A stretch of DNA of 64,000 nucleotides from an uncultured Bacteroidales bacterium. GTDB taxonomy: Bacteria; Bacteroidota; Bacteroidia; Bacteroidales; UBA932. Positions 35,762 through 45,567 of the stretch are shown here, piece after piece (the first letter of the stretch is position 1; every line of letters starts with the position of its first letter). Location of the stretch: contig CALUPK010000003.1 in NCBI GenBank assembly GCA_944322575.1, positions 22,388 through 86,387 of the forward strand, given 5' to 3'. The translations under genes and the position numbers were made by a program. The notes under the pieces were generated by a model, which had not been told where the DNA came from, did not search any database, and was given only the letters and a program-made list of their open reading frames with translations.

Positions 35762-37180
35762 ATGAGAAAAATAATTATATCAGCCATATTGATTCTGTTA
35801 TCAGCTGTGTCAGTATATTCTCAGAGCAGAACAAGCTACTTTGTGCGCAACTCAACCCAGAATCACAATTTCAATGCCGCTTTTGTGCCGGATCAGGGTT
35901 ATATCGGTGTTCCCATCCTGAGTAATTTTGACCTGCAGACTTCCAGTAATCTCGGTGCCCTGTCTATACTCTATCCTCTTGAGGGCGGTCAGACAGGTCT
36001 TTTCCTGAACAGTCAGGTCAGCTCAGAGGAATTTCTCTCCAAGCTTAGAAAGAACAACTATTTAGATGCTACTTTCAGCTATGACATAATAAATGCGGGA
36101 TGGTTCACTGGAAAGGACTCTTTCTGGACTATATCCATCGGTGAGAGAGTGGATATGCAGTCATCGCTGCCCCGCGAGTTTTTCAGTCTGCTGAAGAACG
36201 GAATGTATGATAATCCGTCGGCCTACAGTATCGAAAATATGGGAGTCGGTGCCACACTCTATTCACAGATATCACTCGGATACTCGAGAGGTCTGGATGA
36301 ACTGGTGGAAGGACTCAGAGTCGGCGGTAAGTTCAAGCTCCTGCTGTCGATGGCGGATGTACAGATGAATATCGACAGGATGGATATCTCGATGAGCTCT
36401 GACAGCTGGAGTGCAGCGACCACTGGCTCGGCGAGTGTGCTTGGCGGGGGTATTGATCTGATGTATGATGAGAACAACAATCTAAGTGGTGTGGGATATG
36501 ATCCCTCATCTATGGGAATAGGAGGTGCAGGTATCGCATTTGATTTAGGAGCGGAGTATATCCTTTCCGAAGGGACACCTGTGGACGGTATGCGTTTCTC
36601 TCTGTCCGTGACAGATTTAGGATTTGTATCTTACGGTAAGAAACATTCCCGTCTGCTTTCGAGCGAGGGCAACATCGTCTTTGACGGCTTCGAGGACATC
36701 GGTGTTGACGGCTCAGGCGTGAATACAGACAGCATGATGGAAGATCTTATGTCGATGGCTGCTTTCAAGGAAGAGCCGGTGACCAAGAATCAGGTGCGTT
36801 CGCTTACAGCGACTCTTTATGCCGGGGTGGATTATCCTTTTCTGGATGACAAAATGAATGTGGGACTTCTTTACTCTGCCCGTTTCGGACGTTTCAGGAC
36901 AGAGAGCGAGCTGACTCTTGCGTGGAACTATGCTCCTGTACGGAGCTTTGACATTGCGCTGTCTTACTCCCTGCTGAAGACTCATTCAACATTCGGATGG
37001 CTCATTACCTATGTGCCTAAGCGCGGTGTCGGAATATTTGTGGGCAGTGATTATACTCCTCTCAATTATACCGCTCTGAGGGTTCATGGGGTAAAGCTTC
37101 CCGTACCTGCCCGGGAGTTTGTACTGGATGTCAATTTCGGTCTGACGATCTCGCTTGGAGGCAGTAACCGCAGATATTGA
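35762..37180 (+). CDS. putative outer-membrane beta-barrel protein (DUF5723-like)
   Basis: 472 aa. Signal peptide ending VYSQS. N-terminal SYFVRNSTQNHNFNAAFVP..GYIGVP resembles what I recall of DUF5723. Alternating G/S/Y/F-rich strands. C-terminus ends in aromatic residues. Confidence 0.6.
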   Translation: MRKIIISAILILLSAVSVYSQSRTSYFVRNSTQNHNFNAAFVPDQGYIGVPILSNFDLQTSSNLGALSILYPLEGGQTGLFLNSQVSSEEFLSKLRKNNYLDATFSYDIINAGWFTGKDSFWTISIGERVDMQSSLPREFFSLLKNGMYDNPSAYSIENMGVGATLYSQISLGYSRGLDELVEGLRVGGKFKLLLSMADVQMNIDRMDISMSSDSWSAATTGSASVLGGGIDLMYDENNNLSGVGYDPSSMGIGGAGIAFDLGAEYILSEGTPVDGMRFSLSVTDLGFVSYGKKHSRLLSSEGNIVFDGFEDIGVDGSGVNTDSMMEDLMSMAAFKEEPVTKNQVRSLTATLYAGVDYPFLDDKMNVGLLYSARFGRFRTESELTLAWNYAPVRSFDIALSYSLLKTHSTFGWLITYVPKRGVGIFVGSDYTPLNYTALRVHGVKLPVPAREFVLDVNFGLTISLGGSNRRY

Positions 37181-37200
37181 TCCGATGGTCTGGAATATAG

Positions 37201-37234
37201 AAAAAGCTGTGTCGTTGGAGACACAGCTTTTTTT
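37201..37234. terminator. bidirectional intrinsic terminator
   Basis: AAAAA-GCTGTGTC-gttgga-GACACAGC-TTTTTTT lies between convergent genes ending at 37180 (+) and 37236 (-). Confidence 0.78.
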
Positions 37235-37235
37235 C

Positions 37236-37655
37236 TTAGATGGCCGGAGCTGAGAAATGCTCTTTGGAGAAGATGCGGGCTTCGGTGATGACCACGCTGT
37301 TCCCGTCCTTGTCTCTCATGGTGCCGACGAGGGTTCCGATCATCCTCTTGTGGTCAACATTTGTGCACTCAAAGCGGATGTGATAGGGCTCGTCGATGTA
37401 CACCGGCCTGAGGTAGGTGACATTCTGAGAGATGAAGTATGCGAGCTTGTCGGCCGGCCACATGGTGCCGAATACCTTGGCAAACGCGCACAGGATGAGG
37501 ACTCCCTGAGCTACCGGACGTCCGAACTCGGTCGCGGTGGCATATTCGCGGTCTATGTGGATGGGGTTGTAGTCATCCGTCAGTTTTGCATAGACCTCGG
37601 CGTCTTTCTGGGTGAAGACGGTGTTGTAGTCATAGGTGTCGTGTTCCTTGATCAT
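37236..37655 (-). CDS. MaoC-like (R)-hydratase / hotdog-fold dehydratase
   Basis: 139 aa. DYNPIHID hydratase motif followed by FGRPVAQG. Confidence 0.85.
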   Translation of the reverse strand: MIKEHDTYDYNTVFTQKDAEVYAKLTDDYNPIHIDREYATATEFGRPVAQGVLILCAFAKVFGTMWPADKLAYFISQNVTYLRPVYIDEPYHIRFECTNVDHKRMIGTLVGTMRDKDGNSVVITEARIFSKEHFSAPAI

Positions 37656-37735
37656 AACATGAAGATTTTAGATTAGCCCTATAAAGATAAGCCAAAAATC
37701 CGGAAAAAACAAATTTGTGGCTCCTAAAATAGCAT

Positions 37736-38503
37736 TTAAAATGTCAGGGAAAGACCGTCATACGCCGGCTCAATGCCCTCAGGCAAGGTTTTGCAGAGGT
37801 CCTCATACTTCTCTAACTGATGGGACAGATGTGTCAGAAAACAGTGCCGCGCACCCACCCTGCGGCAGACCTCTATGGCCTCGTCTAAGGAAAAATGGGA
37901 GATGTGCGGAGTCCTGCGGATGCAGCTGACCACGAAGATGTCCACTCCGCGGAAGCGCTCTATGGACTCTTCGGAGATGTAGTTGGCATCGGTCAGATAG
38001 CCTAAGCGGCCGAAACGGAAGCCGAGGATGGGCAGCTTGTAGTGCATGGCCCGCACTGGAATGATTTCTATTCCGTTTATGCAGAAAGGCTCTTCTCCGA
38101 TGGTATGCAGGGTGAAGTCAGGAACTCCGGGATAGCGGTGGTCTCCGAATGCATAGGAGTATTCTCTTTTCAGCGATTCCTGTACCAATGGTTCTGCGTA
38201 GACGGGAAAGGCCCGGTGCATGAAGTAGTTGAACGCTCTGACATCATCTAACCCGCCGGTGTGGTCCTTGTGCATGTGGGTGAGCAGCACTGCATCCAAT
38301 TCCATAATACCGCTGCGGAGAATCTGCTGACGGAAGTCAGGACCGGCGTCGATTACGAGTCTTAGCCCCTCGTATTCTATGTATGCGGAGGTTCTTAGCC
38401 TTTTGTCATGAAAGTCGTCCGAGCGGCAAACTGGACATCTGCATCCTATGATGGGCATCCCCTGGGAGGTGCCGGTGCCGAGAAATTCGATTTTATTGCT
38501 CAT
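37736..38503 (-). CDS. MBL-fold metallo-hydrolase (PhnP-like)
   Basis: 255 aa from ATG 38503 (MSNKIEFLGTGTS). HMHKDHTGG motif. N-terminal Cys pair CRCPVC. Confidence 0.85.
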   Translation of the reverse strand: MSNKIEFLGTGTSQGMPIIGCRCPVCRSDDFHDKRLRTSAYIEYEGLRLVIDAGPDFRQQILRSGIMELDAVLLTHMHKDHTGGLDDVRAFNYFMHRAFPVYAEPLVQESLKREYSYAFGDHRYPGVPDFTLHTIGEEPFCINGIEIIPVRAMHYKLPILGFRFGRLGYLTDANYISEESIERFRGVDIFVVSCIRRTPHISHFSLDEAIEVCRRVGARHCFLTHLSHQLEKYEDLCKTLPEGIEPAYDGLSLTF

Positions 38504-38542
38504 AGCACCCCAAAGATAGAGAAATTTGTGTAATTTTGAAAT

Positions 38543-39247
38543 ATGAATTGCAGACTTTATCTTGTACCGGCACCTCTCGGGGATAATCCTCCGGAGGAGG
38601 TTATTCCTGCCTATGTATTCGGGCAGATAGCACATATCACGCATTTCGCCGTGGAGGATGTCCGTACGGCCAGGAGGTATCTCTCACGTGTAGGATTCAA
38701 GGGCAGAATCGATATGCTGTCGTTCTACGAAATCAACGAGCATTCCTCTCAAGAGGATATTGAGGCAGTTGCCCGTGTGCTTGCAGACGGAACTGATATG
38801 GCCCTTATCTCTGAGGCAGGACTGCCGGCAGTGGCCGATCCGGGTGCTGCGTTAGTGGCTTTAGCTCACAAGGCTGATGTGGAAGTGATACCGCTTTCAG
38901 GCCCCTCTTCCCTTATGATGGCCCTGATGTCATCCGGTATGAACGGGCAGTGCTTTGCATTTGCAGGGTACATTCCTGCCAAGACTGACGCCAGGCGTAA
39001 GCGTATCAAGGAATTGGAGGCCCGATCAAGGAAGTATTCGGAAACAGAGATCATAATAGAGACTCCCTATCGCAGCGATGCTCTCTTTCAGGATATTGTC
39101 TCGTTGTGCGATCCGTCGACAAGGGTCTGCGTAGCTTCAGGCATAACTCTTCCGGGTCAGAGTATAAGGACCCGCACTGTGGCTCAGTGGAGAAAATCCG
39201 GGCTGACAGTGGGTAAGGTACCGTCAGTTTTTTTGATATACGCATGA
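38543..39247 (+). CDS. SAM-dependent methyltransferase, tetrapyrrole-methylase fold (RsmI-related)
   Basis: 234 aa. LYLVPAPLG N-terminus. SEAGLPAVADPG and GPSS motifs typical of RsmI-like enzymes. Confidence 0.78.
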   Translation: MNCRLYLVPAPLGDNPPEEVIPAYVFGQIAHITHFAVEDVRTARRYLSRVGFKGRIDMLSFYEINEHSSQEDIEAVARVLADGTDMALISEAGLPAVADPGAALVALAHKADVEVIPLSGPSSLMMALMSSGMNGQCFAFAGYIPAKTDARRKRIKELEARSRKYSETEIIIETPYRSDALFQDIVSLCDPSTRVCVASGITLPGQSIRTRTVAQWRKSGLTVGKVPSVFLIYA

Positions 39248-39609
39248 ATATGAAAAAAATAGGGAAAATAGAACTCTGCGGAATGAAATTTTTCGCCCAT
39301 CACGGCTGTTTCCATGAGGAGAAGGTGATAGGAAATTATTTTATTGTGGATTTTGCGGTGTGGACAGATGTCTCTGCTGCAGCAGGGAGCGACAATTTGG
39401 ACGATACACTAAACTATCAGCTGATTTACGATATCGTAAAGGAGGAGATGGCTGTTCCGTCCAATCTTCTCGAGCATGTCGCCGGCAGGATTCTGCGCCG
39501 TGTGCGCTCAGCTTTTCCGTATGTGGAGAAAGCATCAGTCACTATATCCAAACTCAATCCTCCTCTCGGAGGAGAGGTGGGGGCTTCGAGGCTTACAATG
39601 GAGCTGTAG
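39244..39609 (+). CDS. folB: dihydroneopterin aldolase
   Basis: 121 aa. GKIELCGMKFFAHHGCFHEEKVIGN and LNYQLIYD fit FolB. The ATGA start overlaps the upstream stop. Confidence 0.88.
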   Translation: MNMKKIGKIELCGMKFFAHHGCFHEEKVIGNYFIVDFAVWTDVSAAAGSDNLDDTLNYQLIYDIVKEEMAVPSNLLEHVAGRILRRVRSAFPYVEKASVTISKLNPPLGGEVGASRLTMEL

Positions 39610-39612
39610 TGT

Positions 39613-40872
39613 ATGAGAGTAGCTGTTCATACATTGGGCTGTAAGCTCAACTATTCGGAAAGTTCCACTATCGCCAGGGAATTTTCCCGCCGCGGTTATG
39701 AGGTGGTCCCTCATACAGAGGAGGCGGATATCTATATTGTCAATACCTGTTCTGTCACGGAGCACAGTGATAAGAAGGACCGGAATCTGATACGCCGTCT
39801 GCACCGCCGTTCTCCGAATGCACTGATAGCTGTGATAGGATGCTATGCCCAGTTGAAAGGGGAGAGTATTGCGAAGATAGAAGGAGTGGATATCGTTCTC
39901 GGAGCCCGGAGCAAAGGAATGGTGGTGGATGAGGTGGAGAGACTTCTGAAAGAAGGACGCGGTGCGGCGCCGGTGGTGGATATCGTGGATATCGACTGTG
40001 TGAAGAATATTTTCCCGGCATTCTCGACAGGAGAGAGGACACGCTCTTTTCTGAAGATTCAGGACGGATGTGATTACAAGTGTTCTTACTGTACAGTTCC
40101 TTATGCCAGAGGGAGCAGCCGGAGTCTGCCTTCGGCCCTGATTCTGGACCAGGCGCGTGAGATAGCATCCTCCGGAATAGTGGAGATAGTGCTTACCGGG
40201 GTCAATACCGGAGACTATGGCCGCAAGAGCGGAGAGAGTTTTCTTTCCCTGCTGCAGGGCCTGAATGCCGTGGAGGGTATAGAGCGTTACCGTATATCTT
40301 CTATTGAACCGAATCTGCTTACACCTGAGATAGTGGAGTGGATTGCTTCCGGCACTAAATTTCTGCCGCATTTCCATATTCCACTGCAGTCGGGCTGCGA
40401 CCGTATTCTGCAGAAAATGGGCCGCCGTTACCGTACCGAGGATTTCCGTCGCAAGATAGAGCTGATACGAAGCAGGATGGAGCATGTTTTTTTCGGAATA
40501 GATGTTATTGTCGGTTTTCCTGGAGAGACAGATGAGGACTTCCGTACCACCTGTGCTTTTTTGAAGGAGATACATCCGGCATTTATTCATGTGTTTCCAT
40601 ATTCACGCAGAAACGGGACACCGGCAGCGGCTATGCCTGATCAGGTCGAGGAGTGCGTCAAGGCGGAGAGAGTGGAGGTTCTGGAAAGAATGTGTGCGGA
40701 GTTTTATTCAGATTTTTGCGTAGAGAATGCAGGCAGGGAAGAAGAAGTGCTTTTTGAGAGCAAGTCCAAGGATGGGATGATGTCTGGGTATACGCGCAAT
40801 TATATAAAGGTAGAAAGACCTTACGACAGTAAGGCTATCGGCCGGGTTGTGAGGGTGGTTCTTGATAAGTGA
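39613..40872 (+). CDS. mtaB: tRNA (t6A37) methylthiotransferase MtaB
   Basis: MTTase N-terminal Cys triad context (TLGCKLN, NTCSVT). Radical-SAM CDYKCSYC. C-terminal TRAM-like region. Confidence 0.9.
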   Translation: MRVAVHTLGCKLNYSESSTIAREFSRRGYEVVPHTEEADIYIVNTCSVTEHSDKKDRNLIRRLHRRSPNALIAVIGCYAQLKGESIAKIEGVDIVLGARSKGMVVDEVERLLKEGRGAAPVVDIVDIDCVKNIFPAFSTGERTRSFLKIQDGCDYKCSYCTVPYARGSSRSLPSALILDQAREIASSGIVEIVLTGVNTGDYGRKSGESFLSLLQGLNAVEGIERYRISSIEPNLLTPEIVEWIASGTKFLPHFHIPLQSGCDRILQKMGRRYRTEDFRRKIELIRSRMEHVFFGIDVIVGFPGETDEDFRTTCAFLKEIHPAFIHVFPYSRRNGTPAAAMPDQVEECVKAERVEVLERMCAEFYSDFCVENAGREEEVLFESKSKDGMMSGYTRNYIKVERPYDSKAIGRVVRVVLDK

Positions 40873-43800
40873 CAGGAGGTTCTGTGTATTCCTGTACCTG
40901 ATATTCTACCGCTCCGTTTTCTTCGAGGAAGTTCATGGGGTCTTCTTTGGGCTTTAGTACATTCTCCTTTTGTATGTTGGCTTCGGCGGCCTCACGCTCA
41001 AGATCTTCCTCGGCCTTCCGCAGCAGCTCCAGCTCATATTCTTCTTTGCGCTTGCGGGAATAGAAGATGTTTCTCCAGAAGTCACCGAATGTGTCGAATT
41101 CATCCTGGTAGGTGATACCGAATCCGCTGCGCTGAGTGTTGTCGAGGTAGTTGGAGTATGAGTCGGCTGAGCGGGTGAAGAGGGTGATGCGGAGCTTGCC
41201 CTGGCGGTCTACCTTGATCTCTGCGTCGAAGTCTCCTGCCCAGTTGGAAGATGTTTCGCTGTTTCCTACATTTCCATTGATAATAAGCCTGTTGTTGAAG
41301 GCCTGATAGGATATCGCCACGTCAAACATATCCTTTCCGCCTGTGGCGACTCCCGGCTGGTAGTTGAGGCCTAAGTCGAGCGGAATGTCTAACTGGCGGA
41401 AGATATTGTTGAACTGATTGGACAGTATTTCGCTGGCGTTGGAGTATAGAATCGTTGAGTTATTGACTATGCCGGACTGTTCATCAGGTACGAAGCTGCC
41501 TGAGATGAGAAGGGCCATGAACTGTTTCTGCACTTTATCAGGTGTGCTCAGTGCGCTTTCTACACGGCCTTTGGTTATGGGGTCCAAGTCAGGTATGTCG
41601 ATGGAGAAGGAGAGCTCAGGGTTGGTGAGCGGTCCCTGCAGCTGTATGCCGCAGTTGACGTTACGGCGGTTACCTACTGAGGTGGTGTCTGAGATCAGAG
41701 TGGATATGGAGGCTTTGGTCCTGTATGTGGCGCCTACATTCAGATTGGTGTTTTTGAAATCTCCGTTGAAAGCTATGGTTCCGCCTTCGTTGAGAAGGAA
41801 GTCCCTGGACTGGATGGAAAGGGCGAAGTGATAGCTGCCGTCGTATATCGTGTAGTCGCCTCTCATGTCCATTACGTTCTGGGAAGGAACCAATGTCAGA
41901 TCTATATTTCCGTTGCCGGTGCAGCGGAGAATCTCTCCGAGCTGCTTGTTCATCTCTATAAACAGTTCAGCTCCCTGAGTGATTTCTGCCCTGGCCCGGA
42001 TTTCTATATTTCCCGAAGAGGTCTTTCTCTCATTCTCAGAAGAGGCTGTAAGGAGGACGGTATCGGCCTGCTCGGCCTGTTTCCGGAAGTCTGTATATGA
42101 GATGAGGTCAGTGGTGGACGCAGATGATGAGGAGGACATGGGGACATGGATGGATGTCCTGTCATCGGTACTTACATCAGCGTCTATTACGAGACTGTTG
42201 ACAGGCCCTGACATGGATATGTTGCCAGAGGCATATGCAGAGCCGTAGAATCTGTCGTTGTCATGTTCTCCAGTGTTGAGGCACATGAAGTTGGAGAATT
42301 CTAATCCGGCATCGATGAAAATATTGTGGAAAAAGTCGTGTGTGATGCTTCCGTCGAGAATCCCTGTAGAGCCGGCGGGATCGGAAATGCTGAGTCTCTG
42401 CAGGTCTATCCTGCGCTGGCTGATGTTCACAGGACCGTCGATCAGGTATGGAACACCTGTGAACAGAGGAGTGATCAGCAGGGAGTCTATATGTGTATTG
42501 CTGCTGTTGAGGATGAGCATGTCCGGCTGTCCTGTGATGCCTATGTCACCGCTGATGCCTCCGTATGAGACAGTCAGGAAATCGCTGAGAAGGGGTGACA
42601 GATATCTGAGGCTTAAGTCTTTGAGCGATAGATTGAAGTTGATGTAATTGCGTCCGGGAACGAAATAACCTGACGCATTTATGGGATTGTTTCCGTTGAC
42701 GTAGTTGTTGACGAGAATATTGAACCTGTCTTTTGCCAAGTCTCTGCGGCTCAGTATGGACAAGTCTCCAAGGTACTGTCCGAGCAAAGTGAGGTCATGG
42801 CCTTTGACTTCCATCGAGGCTCCCATTCCTGAGAAGAAATTGAACAGCTCAACCTTTCCGCTCAACCTTCCGCCGAGATCCAAGTCTGTTTCCATAAAAG
42901 AATTGAGAATGGACATGTCTAAGTTTCCTAACTTGACATTGAGCTGTCGGTCAGGGTCTTCGGATATGGCTCCGGATATCAGCAGTGTGTCGCTGTAGCT
43001 CAACAGCCGTATACTGTCTGCGGTGTAGAGACGTTTTTCTAAGTGCAGCGATGCCGGAGAGAGTTCCCATCTGTTTCTCCTTATCTTGATTACGGAACTG
43101 TCAATGTCTATATCGGCGGCAATTCCTCCCGAGGAGGTTCTTGAAAGCAGGATTCCGGCTCCGAGATCGAGAAGGGTGGTGTCGGAATTGTTAAAACTCA
43201 AGTCTACTCCTATTTCCCTGCCTGTGCTGCCGATGTCGATGAGTGTATTTTCTGCTGTCATGTCTCCGGAGAGTATTTTCCCGAATGCGGCTTTTGCGCG
43301 GAGACTGTTCCCCCGGTTGTCGGCAGTGATGCCGATATCTTCAAGGGAAGAAACTTTTCCCTTTTTGTTCCTCAGGGAGATGTTTGCGGACTGGGCATTG
43401 AAGGTCAGTGTGTTCTCTTTGTCAAGGTGGATGTCTACGGTGGTGCTGTCCGCAATACTGAGTCCGGGTGAGATAATGTCGCAGATAGGGGACATGTCGA
43501 ATGTGCGGAGGTGGAAATCATAATATCCGTCGGGTCTGCCTGCAAGGGATGAGTCAGCAGTGAGTATACCTGCAAGTGATGGTGTGCTGAGGGCTGTTTT
43601 TAGTCTGCTGACAAGCCGTGCGGGCGAGTCGTTGCTGCTGTAGTCCATGTGCAGCAGGGGTGACATGAGGGTTACGATATGTCTGTCTTCACGCAGCAGG
43701 GAGCGTATGTACAAGGAATCTATATGATAGCGGCCGTTGTCATCGGCGTAGCTGATATTGTCTAAGAGAATGTTTCCGAGAATGCTCCGGCTGTCTATAC

Positions 43801-45478
43801 TCAGATCTGCATTCAGAGTTATGCCGGCTGTGGATATGTTGCCTTGTCTGACAAGATTCATGGCTTTGAGGTCGGCATACGGAACATCGAGGAATGCTCT
43901 GACTCTTTGAGGCCGGTTTGTGGTATCAAGCGTGACAATACTCTGGAACATAGCAGGAAATGCGGTGTCATGGCTGAGCATCCGTAGGTCAATGTTGTTG
44001 TCGCGCATAGTACCCGTCATGGAGATGTCCCTGTATTCTGTGCCGTGCAACGCTATGCTGTGAATCCGGAGTGAGTCGACCTGCACAGAGATCCGTTCAT
44101 GGCTCCGTCTGTCCGGAATAGCAGCGGACAGACTGGTGCTCAGGCTCGTCTCGCCTATGAGCCCTGGTTTGCCGATGACGCTGCCTATGTTGAGTCTGTC
44201 AACAGAGACGGAGGCATCTACAGTTGTGGAAGACGTATCTGTGCCGCGCAGTGTGGCTTCATAAGCCACTTTCCCATCGAGATACTTCAATTCTCCGATA
44301 GAATACAGGTCCGATAAAGTGCCGTAGGCTAAGCCCTGCAGGATCATGCCGCCGTCTTTCACAAGCGTACCTAAAGCCGTCTCGCCTGATGAGAATAGTG
44401 AGATTATCGCGCTGAGGTCGGCGGATGTGGTATATACCTCCTTCAGGTTCAGATTGAAGAATGTGCTTTTGATGTCCGGTAGTCCGGAAATGGCAGCTCC
44501 GATACGGATGTAGGTCCCGTCTCCTGTTCCTACAGAGAGATCATAAGTGCTAAGGTTGCTGACAGGACCGGTAACTTCTCCTTCTATATTCATTTTCAGA
44601 GAGCAGTCCTTCAACCCTTCGGCGAAAACTCCAATACTCCTGAAATCTATTGTACTGCTATGAAAGTCAGCTCCGAGCCTGATCTTATTTACAAAATCCT
44701 TCAGGTCCTTACCGCTATTATATCCAAAAGACAGGTATCCGGCATTAATTTCAGAATATGTGTCGGTCAGATGCAGGTTCTCCATTCTCGATTCTTTGGA
44801 GTCTAACGAGAAACTGCCGCTGAGGGACCGGATCTCATATCCGCTTCTGTCCATGCAGCTGAGATCACGGATACGGCAGGAAAGAGTATTGTCCTCTATT
44901 CTGATTCTATTGATCCTTGCATCGATATGCTTGAGGGATAAGTTTTTGAAGTTGACGCATGATGGAGTGCGTGGAATAGTGTCGGCCGCTGGATTTCTGA
45001 GTGCGAACCTCATATTGCGCAGGATAACCTCATCGACTGTCATATCAGGCATGCGGAAAGGTTTTTTCAGAGAATCGGGCTTGGGCAGGGAGTTGAAAAT
45101 ACGGTTGATGTTGTTATATTTTCCAGGACCTTCTGTAGTCAAGTTGAAGCAGCCGTCCTCTATGAAGAGCCTGTCGATGCTTATACGTCCGCGTAGAAGC
45201 TCTCCAGGGGAGATGGAGACGGACAGCTTGGATACCGAGGCAAGGGTGTCCCCGGGAGTGCCTGTTATGGATAGATTGTACGCCATGACTTTATTAAAGA
45301 AGACTATGGCTATCCGTTCTATCTCGAGATGTCCGGTGAGTTTGGCTTCGAGGGCCTTTACAGTCCGTTGAGCGATATTGGTCTGGACTTGGGGAAACTG
45401 CAGCGCTACGTATCCAGTGAACGGTACGATGCAGATAAGGAGCAGAAGTCCGATTAATATTTTTCTTAGAGCTCTAAT
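40835..45478 (-). CDS. tamB: translocation and assembly module protein TamB (start probably the non-canonical ATT at 45478)
   Basis: Very large beta-rich ORF. The frame stays open for 64 codons upstream of the first ATG (45286). Those codons encode the expected N-terminal anchor RALRKILIGLLLLICIVPFTGYVALQFPQVQTNIAQ. An in-frame TGA lies at 45482-45484. The 3' end overlaps mtaB convergently by 38 bp. Confidence 0.82.
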   Translation of the reverse strand: MRALRKILIGLLLLICIVPFTGYVALQFPQVQTNIAQRTVKALEAKLTGHLEIERIAIVFFNKVMAYNLSITGTPGDTLASVSKLSVSISPGELLRGRISIDRLFIEDGCFNLTTEGPGKYNNINRIFNSLPKPDSLKKPFRMPDMTVDEVILRNMRFALRNPAADTIPRTPSCVNFKNLSLKHIDARINRIRIEDNTLSCRIRDLSCMDRSGYEIRSLSGSFSLDSKESRMENLHLTDTYSEINAGYLSFGYNSGKDLKDFVNKIRLGADFHSSTIDFRSIGVFAEGLKDCSLKMNIEGEVTGPVSNLSTYDLSVGTGDGTYIRIGAAISGLPDIKSTFFNLNLKEVYTTSADLSAIISLFSSGETALGTLVKDGGMILQGLAYGTLSDLYSIGELKYLDGKVAYEATLRGTDTSSTTVDASVSVDRLNIGSVIGKPGLIGETSLSTSLSAAIPDRRSHERISVQVDSLRIHSIALHGTEYRDISMTGTMRDNNIDLRMLSHDTAFPAMFQSIVTLDTTNRPQRVRAFLDVPYADLKAMNLVRQGNISTAGITLNADLSIDSRSILGNILLDNISYADDNGRYHIDSLYIRSLLREDRHIVTLMSPLLHMDYSSNDSPARLVSRLKTALSTPSLAGILTADSSLAGRPDGYYDFHLRTFDMSPICDIISPGLSIADSTTVDIHLDKENTLTFNAQSANISLRNKKGKVSSLEDIGITADNRGNSLRAKAAFGKILSGDMTAENTLIDIGSTGREIGVDLSFNNSDTTLLDLGAGILLSRTSSGGIAADIDIDSSVIKIRRNRWELSPASLHLEKRLYTADSIRLLSYSDTLLISGAISEDPDRQLNVKLGNLDMSILNSFMETDLDLGGRLSGKVELFNFFSGMGASMEVKGHDLTLLGQYLGDLSILSRRDLAKDRFNILVNNYVNGNNPINASGYFVPGRNYINFNLSLKDLSLRYLSPLLSDFLTVSYGGISGDIGITGQPDMLILNSSNTHIDSLLITPLFTGVPYLIDGPVNISQRRIDLQRLSISDPAGSTGILDGSITHDFFHNIFIDAGLEFSNFMCLNTGEHDNDRFYGSAYASGNISMSGPVNSLVIDADVSTDDRTSIHVPMSSSSSASTTDLISYTDFRKQAEQADTVLLTASSENERKTSSGNIEIRARAEITQGAELFIEMNKQLGEILRCTGNGNIDLTLVPSQNVMDMRGDYTIYDGSYHFALSIQSRDFLLNEGGTIAFNGDFKNTNLNVGATYRTKASISTLISDTTSVGNRRNVNCGIQLQGPLTNPELSFSIDIPDLDPITKGRVESALSTPDKVQKQFMALLISGSFVPDEQSGIVNNSTILYSNASEILSNQFNNIFRQLDIPLDLGLNYQPGVATGGKDMFDVAISYQAFNNRLIINGNVGNSETSSNWAGDFDAEIKVDRQGKLRITLFTRSADSYSNYLDNTQRSGFGITYQDEFDTFGDFWRNIFYSRKRKEEYELELLRKAEEDLEREAAEANIQKENVLKPKEDPMNFLEENGAVEYQVQEYTEPPVTYQEPPSQPGR

Positions 45479-45567
45479 GGTTCAATAATTTTTCTATGTA
45501 AAGTTACAAAGTTAGTAAAATGTAAGCAGAATACTATAATTTTGCAGAGCAAATATAAAATTTGACT

